From: a virus
Strand: one strand, 5' to 3'
Length of the DNA stretch: 64,000 nucleotides
Virus record (IMG/VR): IMGVR_UViG_3300042988_000931
Span: 7,470 to 71,469 of that record
How positions within the stretch are numbered: position 1 is the first letter of the stretch; each line of letters opens with the position of its first letter. The notes below the pieces were generated by a model. The model had not been told where the DNA came from, ran no database searches, and saw nothing but the letters and a program-made list of their open reading frames with translations. This document shows positions 55,362 through 64,000 of this stretch, piece after piece. The position numbers and the translations under genes were made by a program.

Positions 55362-57212
55362 TCATCGAGTGGTGTAGCAGGGATAAAGAGCCGGGTCAGT
55401 CGTTTTGTGACCCACGCCATCCGCCCAGCTTGTTGTCGTGCATGTGCATGTCGGCTTTGGCCAAGCGCCGCTCTGGCTTGTCGCGCCGTTCATTTCAAAT
55501 GCCATCGTCTGAAGAGCCCATACGGGGAACTTCGCCAAATTTGCAGAACTGTCGGGCGCATTGGGCATATTGGGGGCCGTCACTCCCTTGAACATGCCAT
55601 TCCCGTCTGGCCTTTGATAAGGCGTCCCTGGGAGGTATTGAGGATACTGGTTATACCCCCAACCAGACATATATGTTTTTTGGTCGTGATAGGGTTTCGT
55701 GCGCTCTTCCCAGAAGGCGGAATGAGAATATTGTGTGCCGTCATATTTTAAGACGCCTCGATACCCGACTTCTTGAAAACGAACGTTCAGGTTCGAGCCT
55801 GTATCAGAGATAATAAATCCATAATCGCGCGCGGCCTTCATAATGGTCTTGACCCACTGAGGCGGCACACCCCACCCGTTGCCAGTCCCATAGGGATGGC
55901 TCTGGTCTATGAACCCGCCGAGGTAGTTGTTGATGACGTCGTCCGTCCACACCTCTGGGTCCAAACGAAGCCGCGCACCTTCCGGTAGGCTACAATCAAC
56001 AGGCTGATAGTTTTGGCCAAAATTGTTATAGTCGTTTTTTGTCGCCGGGTATGTATGGGCAAAATACGGTGAAGACACACCCAAATGGGCTTCAGGGACG
56101 ACAAGCCCGACAGCATGCTGAATATGCCCCGCCTCTATTTCAGCGACGGAAACAGTGAGGGCCATCTGGGCGATGCCAACCGCATTAAAGCCGAGATACG
56201 CACCAGGCGCATATTTTGTGTGGGGGTCTCCATAGATGACGGACGTTCCGTCGCCGCCGATATACTGCGTCCAGATACCATCCCATTGCGAGGCGTTGCT
56301 CATGGCTCCGCCAAACCCGCCCGCCAGATGGTCACTATCAATCACTACCAGGTCAGCCGGCGCGGTTCCAACAGTAACGTCAATAGGCGTTCCGCCAGAC
56401 GACGCCGAAACCTGGAAGTTTTTCCCGTCTGAGTTTACGGCATAGTATATCGTGTCAATGTTTATGTTCGTTGGCATAGCAGCAGCAGACGCAGATGAAA
56501 ATCTGATTTTGTCGCCGTTGACTATCTGTATCTCATTAACTATTGGGTTTGAATTTGTATCATAAGTTGTTACGTCCGCCTTTGTAATCGTTCCGGGACT
56601 TGGGCCGGAAATGGTTGCGCTCCACCCCGCATATCTTGAGGCTCCGTATTCGATGTATCTATCCTGCTGCGGGTCATAAATTGAGATAATATTATCCGCT
56701 GAATACTGAGACCCAAAGCCGTCAACGCCATCCGGAATAGGAATGTCTTGGGCGAGATTGCCCATAGTCGTGCGCCATTTGCAATAGTAGAACCCGTTTA
56801 TGGACGTATAAGACGGGTTGCAAAGGTCCCGCTCCGTCATGAAAAGGTCTTTACGCTTATCGCTACTGCGCGCTATCCACATCGTCGAGCCGTTGTTGAG
56901 ATAGGCTTCGAAGTTCAAATTTCTTTGATTATCGCTACCCAGGTTTTTCTTCCCGGCGCTTTCAAGCCTCGCAGCCCAGCCCTTTGTTCCAGGCTCAAGG
57001 TGCGTGCATGGCTCCTGACGAATGACATTCCCATCGCTGTCTTCGCAATTCGGGGGGAGTATCGTCGTCAGAAGGCTGCCGCTCTTAAACGGGAACCCGT
57101 CTTTAACAACAACGTACCCCCAGAACTTTTGCGAGCAAAACCGAGCCGCGTACACCTGTCCGGCAAACGGCAGCATCATGAACACTAAAAGGGCGACAGT
57201 GCTCTTTTTCAT
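55362..57212 (-). CDS. Signal-peptide protein, paralogue B
   Basis: MKKSTVALLVFMMLPFAGQVYA; GHIQHAVG...PEGARLRL...ARDYGFIISD. Confidence 0.8.
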   Translation of the reverse strand: MKKSTVALLVFMMLPFAGQVYAARFCSQKFWGYVVVKDGFPFKSGSLLTTILPPNCEDSDGNVIRQEPCTHLEPGTKGWAARLESAGKKNLGSDNQRNLNFEAYLNNGSTMWIARSSDKRKDLFMTERDLCNPSYTSINGFYYCKWRTTMGNLAQDIPIPDGVDGFGSQYSADNIISIYDPQQDRYIEYGASRYAGWSATISGPSPGTITKADVTTYDTNSNPIVNEIQIVNGDKIRFSSASAAAMPTNINIDTIYYAVNSDGKNFQVSASSGGTPIDVTVGTAPADLVVIDSDHLAGGFGGAMSNASQWDGIWTQYIGGDGTSVIYGDPHTKYAPGAYLGFNAVGIAQMALTVSVAEIEAGHIQHAVGLVVPEAHLGVSSPYFAHTYPATKNDYNNFGQNYQPVDCSLPEGARLRLDPEVWTDDVINNYLGGFIDQSHPYGTGNGWGVPPQWVKTIMKAARDYGFIISDTGSNLNVRFQEVGYRGVLKYDGTQYSHSAFWEERTKPYHDQKTYMSGWGYNQYPQYLPGTPYQRPDGNGMFKGVTAPNMPNAPDSSANLAKFPVWALQTMAFEMNGATSQSGAWPKPTCTCTTTSWADGVGHKTTDPALYPCYTTR

Positions 57213-57219
57213 TTGCTGC

Positions 57220-59151
57220 TCACCTCGTCCAACATGGGGTTAGGATTTCTTGGTAGCCATTGTATCCGCCACCGGTTTTGATATCTGCCCCCTCATAATT
57301 CCGGCATGCACAAGTCGGCGCCGGCCAGCCATTCATGTCAAACGGCAGCATTTGCAGCGCCCATGTGGGGAAGGTTCCAAGGTCATTAGGCCCACCGGCG
57401 CCGGGCTCCCCTCTCGCTGAGCCCCGGAAAATTCCCCTGCCGTCACGACGCCAATAGGCATCCCCTGGAAGATATTCTGGGTATTGATTAGTGGTTGTTC
57501 CACTTTGGAAATACATATCTTCGTTATTTTGGGTGTCTACTATATTAAACCACATATAGCCTCCCTCAGTATAATCAGCCCGCGTCCCATCATATTTTAT
57601 AACATCTCGATACCCTTGAACTTGCATGCGTATATTGATATTTGAGCCCTTGTCAGAGACAATCCACCCGTAATCGCGGGCGCCCTTCATGACTGTCTGG
57701 ACCCAGGTAGTCGGCGTGCCCCAGCCCCGCCCATCGCCGTAAGGATGTTCTGCAGAGATTGGGCCGCCGATATAATGCTCGATGACGTCGTCAGTCCAAA
57801 CATCCGGGTCGAGCCGAAGCCAAGAACCTTCTGGCATATCACAATCAGCCGTATTCGTCCCGCCGCCGCCGTCGTTCTTCGTGGCAGGATAAGAGTGCGC
57901 CCAAGGCAAGCCGTGGGGGATACTAGGTGGCGCGCCAAGATAAACATCAGGAAGAACAACGCCAACAGCATGTTCAATTTTCTTCTCTTCCAAATCGGCG
58001 ATGGACACGGTCAACATCATCTGATTGATGCCAGCGGCGTTATAGCCGAGCACCATGTGGCCCCACCAGTCGCTATAATGTGGGTCTAGGTATTCTATTT
58101 CGCCCCATGTATATGGATTGTTGCCATCAGACCCAATGGATTTTGTCCAAACGCCGTCCCATTGCGAGGCATTGTCCATCATGCCACCGAACATTCCACC
58201 GCGCACATTAGTATCTATCGCCCATATATTCCCAGACGACGGGCTGCTGGACATGTTTATTGGCGCACCGCCTTTTGTTTCTGAAATCTGGAATGTCGTG
58301 TCCGTCACGTTGACAGCATAATAATCCCTTAGCGCTGAAATGTTGGCAGGCAGCACGCCTTTCGGCCATATTAAGCTAGCATCCCCGCTCGTTCCATTTG
58401 ATACATAATCAGCAATCCGGATTTGGTCCCCAGCTTGTATTTTATGTTTTATGGGTGGGACGTTGACCTCTGTCCCAGTCGCAGGTGGGTTGGGGGCGGC
58501 GCTTCTACCATATGTCGTGATGACGCTAGTCGCTTGCGAGATTTTGATTTTCCATCCCATGGCTCCATATTTGCCAAGTTCTGTATATCTGTCATGAACT
58601 GGGTCGTATATCGCGTGCAAGCTGTCTGCAGAAGCGTCAGGACCGGCTCCGCCATAGATTCCGCCAGGGTTTGCTGACCCCCAGAACTGCGACCAAAATG
58701 TTTTTTGCCATTTACACTGGGGGAGATTGATGTCTCCTCCAAAATCGGGGTTACACTCATTCGTAACTATCCGATAAAGCTTCATATCCCTTATGGGGTC
58801 GCCGCCCTGGGTAATCCACATGCCTGTGCCATTAGTGATATATCCTTGGATATTTGGGGCTCTGTTACCATCACCGCCATACCTCATCTTGGCCATGCTC
58901 GACAAATGGGCCGCCCAACCCCTCGTATTAGGTTGCAAGTGCTGGCAATTGGTTGTGCGAATAGTGTTGCCATCACTGTCTTCGCAATTAGGCTTCAACG
59001 GCGTGGTAAGGATAGACCCCTTTTTGAATGGGTAGCCGTCCTTTACGCGGATGTAACCCCATTTTGGCTTCTCGCACCCCCAAAAGGCATAGGCTGTCCC
59101 AATAAATGGGAGCATCATAAACGCCAGAAGAACTGCAATGTTCTTTCTCAT
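57220..59151 (-). CDS. Signal-peptide protein, paralogue C
   Basis: Start MRKNIAVLLAFMMLPFIGTAYA (ATGA overlap); KIEHAVG...PEGSWLRL...ARDYGWIVSD. Confidence 0.8.
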   Translation of the reverse strand: MRKNIAVLLAFMMLPFIGTAYAFWGCEKPKWGYIRVKDGYPFKKGSILTTPLKPNCEDSDGNTIRTTNCQHLQPNTRGWAAHLSSMAKMRYGGDGNRAPNIQGYITNGTGMWITQGGDPIRDMKLYRIVTNECNPDFGGDINLPQCKWQKTFWSQFWGSANPGGIYGGAGPDASADSLHAIYDPVHDRYTELGKYGAMGWKIKISQATSVITTYGRSAAPNPPATGTEVNVPPIKHKIQAGDQIRIADYVSNGTSGDASLIWPKGVLPANISALRDYYAVNVTDTTFQISETKGGAPINMSSSPSSGNIWAIDTNVRGGMFGGMMDNASQWDGVWTKSIGSDGNNPYTWGEIEYLDPHYSDWWGHMVLGYNAAGINQMMLTVSIADLEEKKIEHAVGVVLPDVYLGAPPSIPHGLPWAHSYPATKNDGGGGTNTADCDMPEGSWLRLDPDVWTDDVIEHYIGGPISAEHPYGDGRGWGTPTTWVQTVMKGARDYGWIVSDKGSNINIRMQVQGYRDVIKYDGTRADYTEGGYMWFNIVDTQNNEDMYFQSGTTTNQYPEYLPGDAYWRRDGRGIFRGSARGEPGAGGPNDLGTFPTWALQMLPFDMNGWPAPTCACRNYEGADIKTGGGYNGYQEILTPCWTR

Positions 59152-60170
59152 AGAGCTTCTCCTGTGCAGCCCGTCCCGCTGGATGCAGCGGCATATCCCT
59201 GAACGGTCGAACCAGAAACAGTCGGGTCGAAAACGCAAACGAGTCGATACCAATAGCCCGCCGGAAATATCAGTGTATTCGGCGCATATGCCGTGCGGGT
59301 AATAGTCCCCGTGGCCTCGTCCATTTTCTCCACCAACGACCATCCCTCAGAGAGCATGTCTGAGAGGCTAGCAGATGCGCCCAATTGGTCGGAGGCGCGG
59401 GTCACTCTGCCAGATGTATTGTTTACAATCGCCGACGTTGGATAACAATTCGACGCATCGGGGCAAATCTCGCTTTGCACCATATCAACGGCGAATGTGT
59501 TAGCCGTGGTCAAAAGATTGAGGCCAACGCTAAGGGATGTTACAGATTCTCCCCCGCTGGACGGGCGCAGATATCTTACCCATGATGATGTGGCGGCAGT
59601 TGACGTGCTGGTCGAATAACCATTCTGCGTAATTCTGATATTCCCTGACCCGGTTCCGCGCTTAATATATGCTGTCATCACACGCGTTCCAGATGGCGTG
59701 CCGGATACTGCCGACATACCTATTGTGCCATTATTGGCCACAGACGTTAATAACGTTGCTGAATTAGCCACGCCAGTAACACCTGTTTGGCTTAGAGCGG
59801 CCGACACATTTGACTTGCCTGGCCAGGCATTAAGATTTCTATTATTGATAACGTCTTGGGTTCTCGACTCCTCGATAAGAAGGCCGAGCGGCGTCCCTGG
59901 AGACGTGAAGCTATAATCAAACCGCGCCGCGCCTGCCGGACTTGCCAGAGCCAGATTGCCAGATGAGTTGACGTACGTCGCAATCTGGCTGGTATCGCCA
60001 CGGTAAAAAGTAAACTTCCCGTCAAGAGCACTCGTCGCCCGGAAGTTCTGGCTAAACCTCACCTCCGCGGGTGCGACATAGTCGGTGTCATTGCCAGACC
60101 CGAGCAGCATAAAGTCCGCTTGAGCGGGACTCGATAAGAACAGCGCTATGGCGATGAGACGCTTCATCAC
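59148..60170 (-). CDS. Signal-peptide protein with head-spike/fibre-like domain
   Basis: MMKRLIAIALFLSSPAQA; ATYVNSSG...ARFDY...GLLIEESRT; PTS.I.....VTRASD. Confidence 0.72.
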   Translation of the reverse strand: MMKRLIAIALFLSSPAQADFMLLGSGNDTDYVAPAEVRFSQNFRATSALDGKFTFYRGDTSQIATYVNSSGNLALASPAGAARFDYSFTSPGTPLGLLIEESRTQDVINNRNLNAWPGKSNVSAALSQTGVTGVANSATLLTSVANNGTIGMSAVSGTPSGTRVMTAYIKRGTGSGNIRITQNGYSTSTSTAATSSWVRYLRPSSGGESVTSLSVGLNLLTTANTFAVDMVQSEICPDASNCYPTSAIVNNTSGRVTRASDQLGASASLSDMLSEGWSLVEKMDEATGTITRTAYAPNTLIFPAGYWYRLVCVFDPTVSGSTVQGYAAASSGTGCTGEAL

Positions 60171-60862
60171 TTATACCCGAAGTTCAGGACAATCCCAGTA
60201 GAGGCGTTGGTGGCGTCGGCGTCATCCTGACCGCCAACTATGCAGAAAGAGATGCCATTTTGGAACGCAAACCCAACGGAGTTATTGATTGTCAACCCCG
60301 TCCCGGCAGAGTTTGCCGGTATCAGATAGCTTAGGCCAACCGCCTCGCTGCCGCAGGTTGGCGTCGTCGCCTTGTCAATGATTTTGAGCCAGTATTTTGT
60401 GCCGTTAGTGTTCTCTGGCGTGATGCTGTAAAGCGTTCCTGCTGCCGCCTTAACAACCGTGGCGTTTGTAGACGCCGCCGAATTATAATGATATGGCGTC
60501 GCGCCGCCTACAGCACCGGCAATTGGGGTGACGCCATTCGTCAGACCCGGAGTTGTCGTATCAGTGCCAGCCTTGCCAATGATGTTCGTCCCAGCAATCA
60601 AGCCAACATTGCCGATGGTGTTTGTGCCGGCGTCCAACATAACCGCGCCGATGGTGTTCGTTCCCGAAGGAGCCGCTTTGCCCATCTGGCTAGCGATGTA
60701 TTTCCAAAGGCTCATTGCTGAGCAATCGCCGATAGCCGTTCCACAGACGCCGTCAGATTTAGAGCCAAAGTCGCCGCCAAGACCGCCTTCTTTGGACTGG
60801 CCATAGGCGACAGCACTAATGACGAGAATGGAAGCCGTCAGGAATACAAGATGTTTTTTCAT
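60167..60862 (-). CDS. Signal-peptide virion-type protein
   Basis: MKKHLVFLTASILVISAVAYG; AGTNxIG repeats; SAASTNATVVKAAAGTLY. Confidence 0.72.
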   Translation of the reverse strand: MKKHLVFLTASILVISAVAYGQSKEGGLGGDFGSKSDGVCGTAIGDCSAMSLWKYIASQMGKAAPSGTNTIGAVMLDAGTNTIGNVGLIAGTNIIGKAGTDTTTPGLTNGVTPIAGAVGGATPYHYNSAASTNATVVKAAAGTLYSITPENTNGTKYWLKIIDKATTPTCGSEAVGLSYLIPANSAGTGLTINNSVGFAFQNGISFCIVGGQDDADATNASTGIVLNFGYK

Positions 60863-61308
60863 ATCGCGGCTCCCGTGATAAACGCGGTAGAAGACTTGGT
60901 CAGAGTGAATGGGCCAGTCGATGAGAAGACTGCCATAATGCCTGTAGCGAACGAGGCCGGAGGTAGTCCAGAAAACGACAATACGCCAAGCGTGTTAGAG
61001 CCGACCGGAACAGCAAAGTCTGGCGTGACGGTTCCGTTGACTGGAACGCTCGTCGTATCAAAGAGCATAAGCCACCCAGGAACGGTCGAAGAGCACTGAA
61101 CATAGTAAAGACTGCCAGCACTCGCCTTGATGGCAAGATGGTCAGTGACTAGCGTTGTTACGACCGGGGCGATAGGTGTCATGGTTCCATCCTGAACAGT
61201 CTGCAAAACAGCGACCATGTCGAGCAGCACGCCTTGCAAGACAGTGCCCGTTATGGCCCCCGATGTGTTTTGGTAGATTTTGGATATGATTTCCGCTGAG
61301 ATTGTCAT
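60859..61308 (-). CDS. Virion-type protein
   Basis: NTSGAIT...L; KASAGSLY...F.TGI domain similar to neighbour. Confidence 0.65.
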   Translation of the reverse strand: MTISAEIISKIYQNTSGAITGTVLQGVLLDMVAVLQTVQDGTMTPIAPVVTTLVTDHLAIKASAGSLYYVQCSSTVPGWLMLFDTTSVPVNGTVTPDFAVPVGSNTLGVLSFSGLPPASFATGIMAVFSSTGPFTLTKSSTAFITGAAI

Positions 61309-61333
61309 CGGCAGCCCTTATTTGCACTGTGGC

Positions 61334-63481
61334 CTACATTGTTCTTTGCTTGACGTCCCATGGGAACGAGACGTCATGCACAAGCGTGACGCCGTTAAGA
61401 GGGTGATACCTCTCAACTTTGTCGCCGCCGACTTCGTATTTTTCCAAAACTTCTGGGATGCCAATTGTCAGTGTGGCGTCAGAGCCATTGAAGACATAAG
61501 CGCCAGACGACCCAGATAAATACAGCTCTCTGTTGAGTGTAGTGTCAGACCCGTTGAATGTGTAGGAACCAGTCTCGCCATCAAAATACAATTGCCGATA
61601 GGCAGATGCGTCTGACCCATTAAAGGTGTATGCGCCAGTCTCGCCGAGCAGATAGAGCTGTCTCTCAAGGGCCGCGTCATATCCGGTAAACGTATACGAC
61701 CCAGAAACGCCATCGAGATAAAGCTGCTTTTGAAGCGCAGCATCCGAGCCAGTTTCTGTATAAGCGCCGCTATCAGCAGAAAGGCTGGTGGACGCGACAG
61801 GCGCCGGGTTGACAACATAACCGCCCGGAATTGCAATCGATGACGGGGCCGTAGGCAGCGTGACATACAGACCGCCAATAAAGGGGCTGTATCCAACTGC
61901 GACGCAGGTAAACGCCCCGCTAACTGATGCGGTCTGTGTAGAAGCGGCTGTCGCTGACTCAGACGCCGTCGCAGACCCGGAAAACGTTCCAGTCGCAGTC
62001 GCAGTCAGGGAAAGCGACTCAGCGCTTAACCCGACAAACTGACCGAGGGTTGTTTCCGTATGGGACGCTGTGACGGCTTCCGTCGCAGACCCGACGAGCT
62101 CCCCAGTTGCAGACTGCGTTGAGGATGCGGTCGCCGCTTCTGTCAGCGACCCGACAAGGTCTCCTCCACCTACCTGTGTGCTGGAAGCCGTTGAGGCTGC
62201 CGTATCTGATGCGACAAGTACGCCAGTCGCTGACTGTGTGCTGGAGGCTGTTGCCGTCTCAGTATTAGACGCCGCATTCCCGACTGTGACTGTCTGCGTC
62301 GAGCCTGCAGTCGCAGATTCCGTTAGAGACGTAGCGCCGGTTAATGCGCCTGTCTGTGTGCTTCCAGCGGTTGCTGAACCCGCTCCATCCGAAGAAGCGG
62401 AATTGAATGTAGCAGTCTGTGTCGAACTGCCAGTTGCGGCGCCAGTATTAGATGCGACACCAACAAGACCCGCCGTCTGGGTCGACGAAGCGGTTGCTGT
62501 TTCTGTAGCGGCGCTGGCATTTGATGCGGGGACATATGTAACGACGATAATGCCGCCGCCGCCGTCACCGCCTTTTCCAATGTTTAATGATGTAGTATAG
62601 CCCGCGCCGCCGCCACCACCTCCATAAGCGCCGCCATTTCCACCAGCGCCCGTCTCAGATGATGTGTGATTAGACCCGCCACCACCGCCGCCATGACCTT
62701 GCCCATGGGTTGCGTCCCAATAGGCGTTTCCGGTTCCGTTCGAACCGTCGCCGTTGGCCCCATCACCACCATCGCCGCCAGCGCCGCCTGAACCACCCGT
62801 CGCGCCAGAACCTGCAGCGCCAGCTCCTCCGCCATTAGCTGCGCCGCCTTCGCCGCCGCCGCTTGACGTAGTGGCGCCGCTTGCTGAACTGCTATCACCG
62901 CCAGCCCCGCCAACGCCAGATGGACCGCCTGCACCACCACCCGCTCCGGCGCCATTGCCAATGCCCGCGCCACTGGCGCCGCCGTTGTATCCTGTCCCTC
63001 CTGTTCCACCAGTTCCACCAGCGGCAGATACGCCATTTACTTGTCCGCCCTGGCCGCCCTTGGCGATGAGCGCGCCGGAATTAAAATTTGTGTCGCCGCC
63101 GGAAGAACCTACATTGCTAACGCCGCTTGTTGAAGCTGCGCCGCCTGAACCGCCTCCGCCGATGCTGTAAGTAATATTGGCGCCGGGCGTCAGACTGACA
63201 TTCGTCAGTTTACGATATTCGCCGCCGCCGCCGCCGCCGTTATTTGCCCCGGTTCCGCCACCACCACCGCCGCCAATCGCCTCGATGGTGTTGTTTGAAC
63301 TATTCCAGTCGGCCGGGACTGTCCAACTCGTCCCGCTGACAAGAAATGTCGTGTAAGTTGGTTTTACAAGTGTCGCGTCGGAACCAGAAAATCCGTAACT
63401 TCCAGACTCGGCGGTTAGCGCCTTATTGCCAACGAGTAGTTGCGCTGACCCAGGAAGTAATGGCCCAAACGGATAGGCCAT
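61334..63481 (-). CDS. Gly-rich and Ser/Thr/Ala-repeat tail-associated protein
   Basis: SWTVPADWN...IEAIGGGGGG; ~24-aa TE.ATASSTQ repeats; L.GE.G.YTFNG.DA.L repeats. Confidence 0.75.
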   Translation of the reverse strand: MAYPFGPLLPGSAQLLVGNKALTAESGSYGFSGSDATLVKPTYTTFLVSGTSWTVPADWNSSNNTIEAIGGGGGGGTGANNGGGGGGEYRKLTNVSLTPGANITYSIGGGGSGGAASTSGVSNVGSSGGDTNFNSGALIAKGGQGGQVNGVSAAGGTGGTGGTGYNGGASGAGIGNGAGAGGGAGGPSGVGGAGGDSSSASGATTSSGGGEGGAANGGGAGAAGSGATGGSGGAGGDGGDGANGDGSNGTGNAYWDATHGQGHGGGGGGSNHTSSETGAGGNGGAYGGGGGGAGYTTSLNIGKGGDGGGGIIVVTYVPASNASAATETATASSTQTAGLVGVASNTGAATGSSTQTATFNSASSDGAGSATAGSTQTGALTGATSLTESATAGSTQTVTVGNAASNTETATASSTQSATGVLVASDTAASTASSTQVGGGDLVGSLTEAATASSTQSATGELVGSATEAVTASHTETTLGQFVGLSAESLSLTATATGTFSGSATASESATAASTQTASVSGAFTCVAVGYSPFIGGLYVTLPTAPSSIAIPGGYVVNPAPVASTSLSADSGAYTETGSDAALQKQLYLDGVSGSYTFTGYDAALERQLYLLGETGAYTFNGSDASAYRQLYFDGETGSYTFNGSDTTLNRELYLSGSSGAYVFNGSDATLTIGIPEVLEKYEVGGDKVERYHPLNGVTLVHDVSFPWDVKQRTM

Positions 63482-63483
63482 AT

Positions 63484-63837
63484 TTAGGCGACCTGTCTAA
63501 TCGACCAATAGACAGTTATCGTTCCCGTGATGACAGTGAAGGTGATATCCCAACCATGGAGAAGAATGAGCGACGGCGTGACGAATAATGGCTCGGCCTG
63601 AACGTCGCGCAGAATAGCGTCATAGACCAAGCGCTGGGTGTCCCCAGAACGCGCTTTTTCATAGACGCGAATGCGGGAGACTTCGCCGACGGCTTGGTCA
63701 GACACGTCAATGAACGCCTGAAAGACGCCATCGCCAGTCTGAGCGCCAACGCTGGTCGTCCCATTGGACAGAGACCATTCGCCGTCCCCAGAGACTTGGC
63801 CAGCTTTGGTGCCCGAATATGCTTCGGTTATGGCCAT
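63484..63837 (-). CDS. Small virion-region protein
   Basis: 117 aa, beta-rich. Confidence 0.65.
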   Translation of the reverse strand: MAITEAYSGTKAGQVSGDGEWSLSNGTTSVGAQTGDGVFQAFIDVSDQAVGEVSRIRVYEKARSGDTQRLVYDAILRDVQAEPLFVTPSLILLHGWDITFTVITGTITVYWSIRQVA

Positions 63838-63840
63838 TAT

Positions 63841-63999
63841 TCAGTCCACTCCGTAGATTGCAAAGCCACGCGCTTCAGCCGTCGACATCATCGCCCCGAC
63901 GCCAAGATAGGAGGCCGCTGGGATGTCAAACATCATGTGAGACAGGATGAAGTTCGCAGCGACATATTCCTCAGCTTCTAGCGTCGTGCTTTCCTTATA
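63841..63999 (-). CDS. 3' end of a gene truncated by the window edge
   Basis: Open frame ...FDIPAASYLGVGAMMSTAEARGFAIYGVD*. Confidence 0.55.
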   Translation of the reverse strand, partial: YKESTTLEAEEYVAANFILSHMMFDIPAASYLGVGAMMSTAEARGFAIYGVD

Positions 64000-64000
64000 G

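Noticed and set aside
1-64000. CRISPR array, diversity-generating retroelement or retron
   Set aside because: No regularly spaced repeats, no reverse transcriptase motifs and no adenine-mismatched TR/VR pair seen.
1-64000. Stop-codon reassignment
   Set aside because: Core genes are full length under the standard code, and TAA, TAG and TGA all end well-supported genes.
1-64000. Prophage boundaries, integrase or host genes
   Set aside because: No recombinase, att-like tRNA duplication or bacterial housekeeping gene recognised; lifestyle cannot be determined from this window.

Overview
The window is most of the genome of a tailed dsDNA phage with podovirus-like organisation, cut inside the major capsid gene at position 1 and inside a tail-region gene at 64000. 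A GcrA homologue points to an alphaproteobacterial host (inference). Minus strand, 18154 down to 1: TerS, TerL, portal, HNH, glycosyltransferase, a Tad2/DUF2829 protein, a modular ART-domain protein, a 1644-aa Ig-repeat protein, GroES-like protein, scaffold and capsid. Minus strand, 64000 down to 35700: tail/fibre genes, a cluster of signal-peptide proteins, adaptors, nozzle, ejection proteins, fibres and lysis genes. The middle (18200-35700) holds small early genes, regulators, two DNA methyltransferases, an SF2 helicase and recombination genes. I recognise no integrase, primase, DNA polymerase, replication initiator, tape measure or prohead protease. The strongest leads are: (1) about 20 copies of a [FYMRK]-A/S-x-G-G motif that divide five probable virion-internal proteins into modules, including ART and transglycosylase domains; (2) a ~430-nt densely structured non-coding element upstream of the helicase, where a primase or initiator would be expected; (3) six Sec-signal-peptide proteins inside the virion modules; (4) four GCGCU-loop hairpins in capsid-region leaders; (5) a conserved hairpin in front of four free-standing homing endonuclease genes; (6) a 13-bp operator shared by three early promoters. 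All calls come from reading the sequence and recalled motifs; no searches or folding were run.
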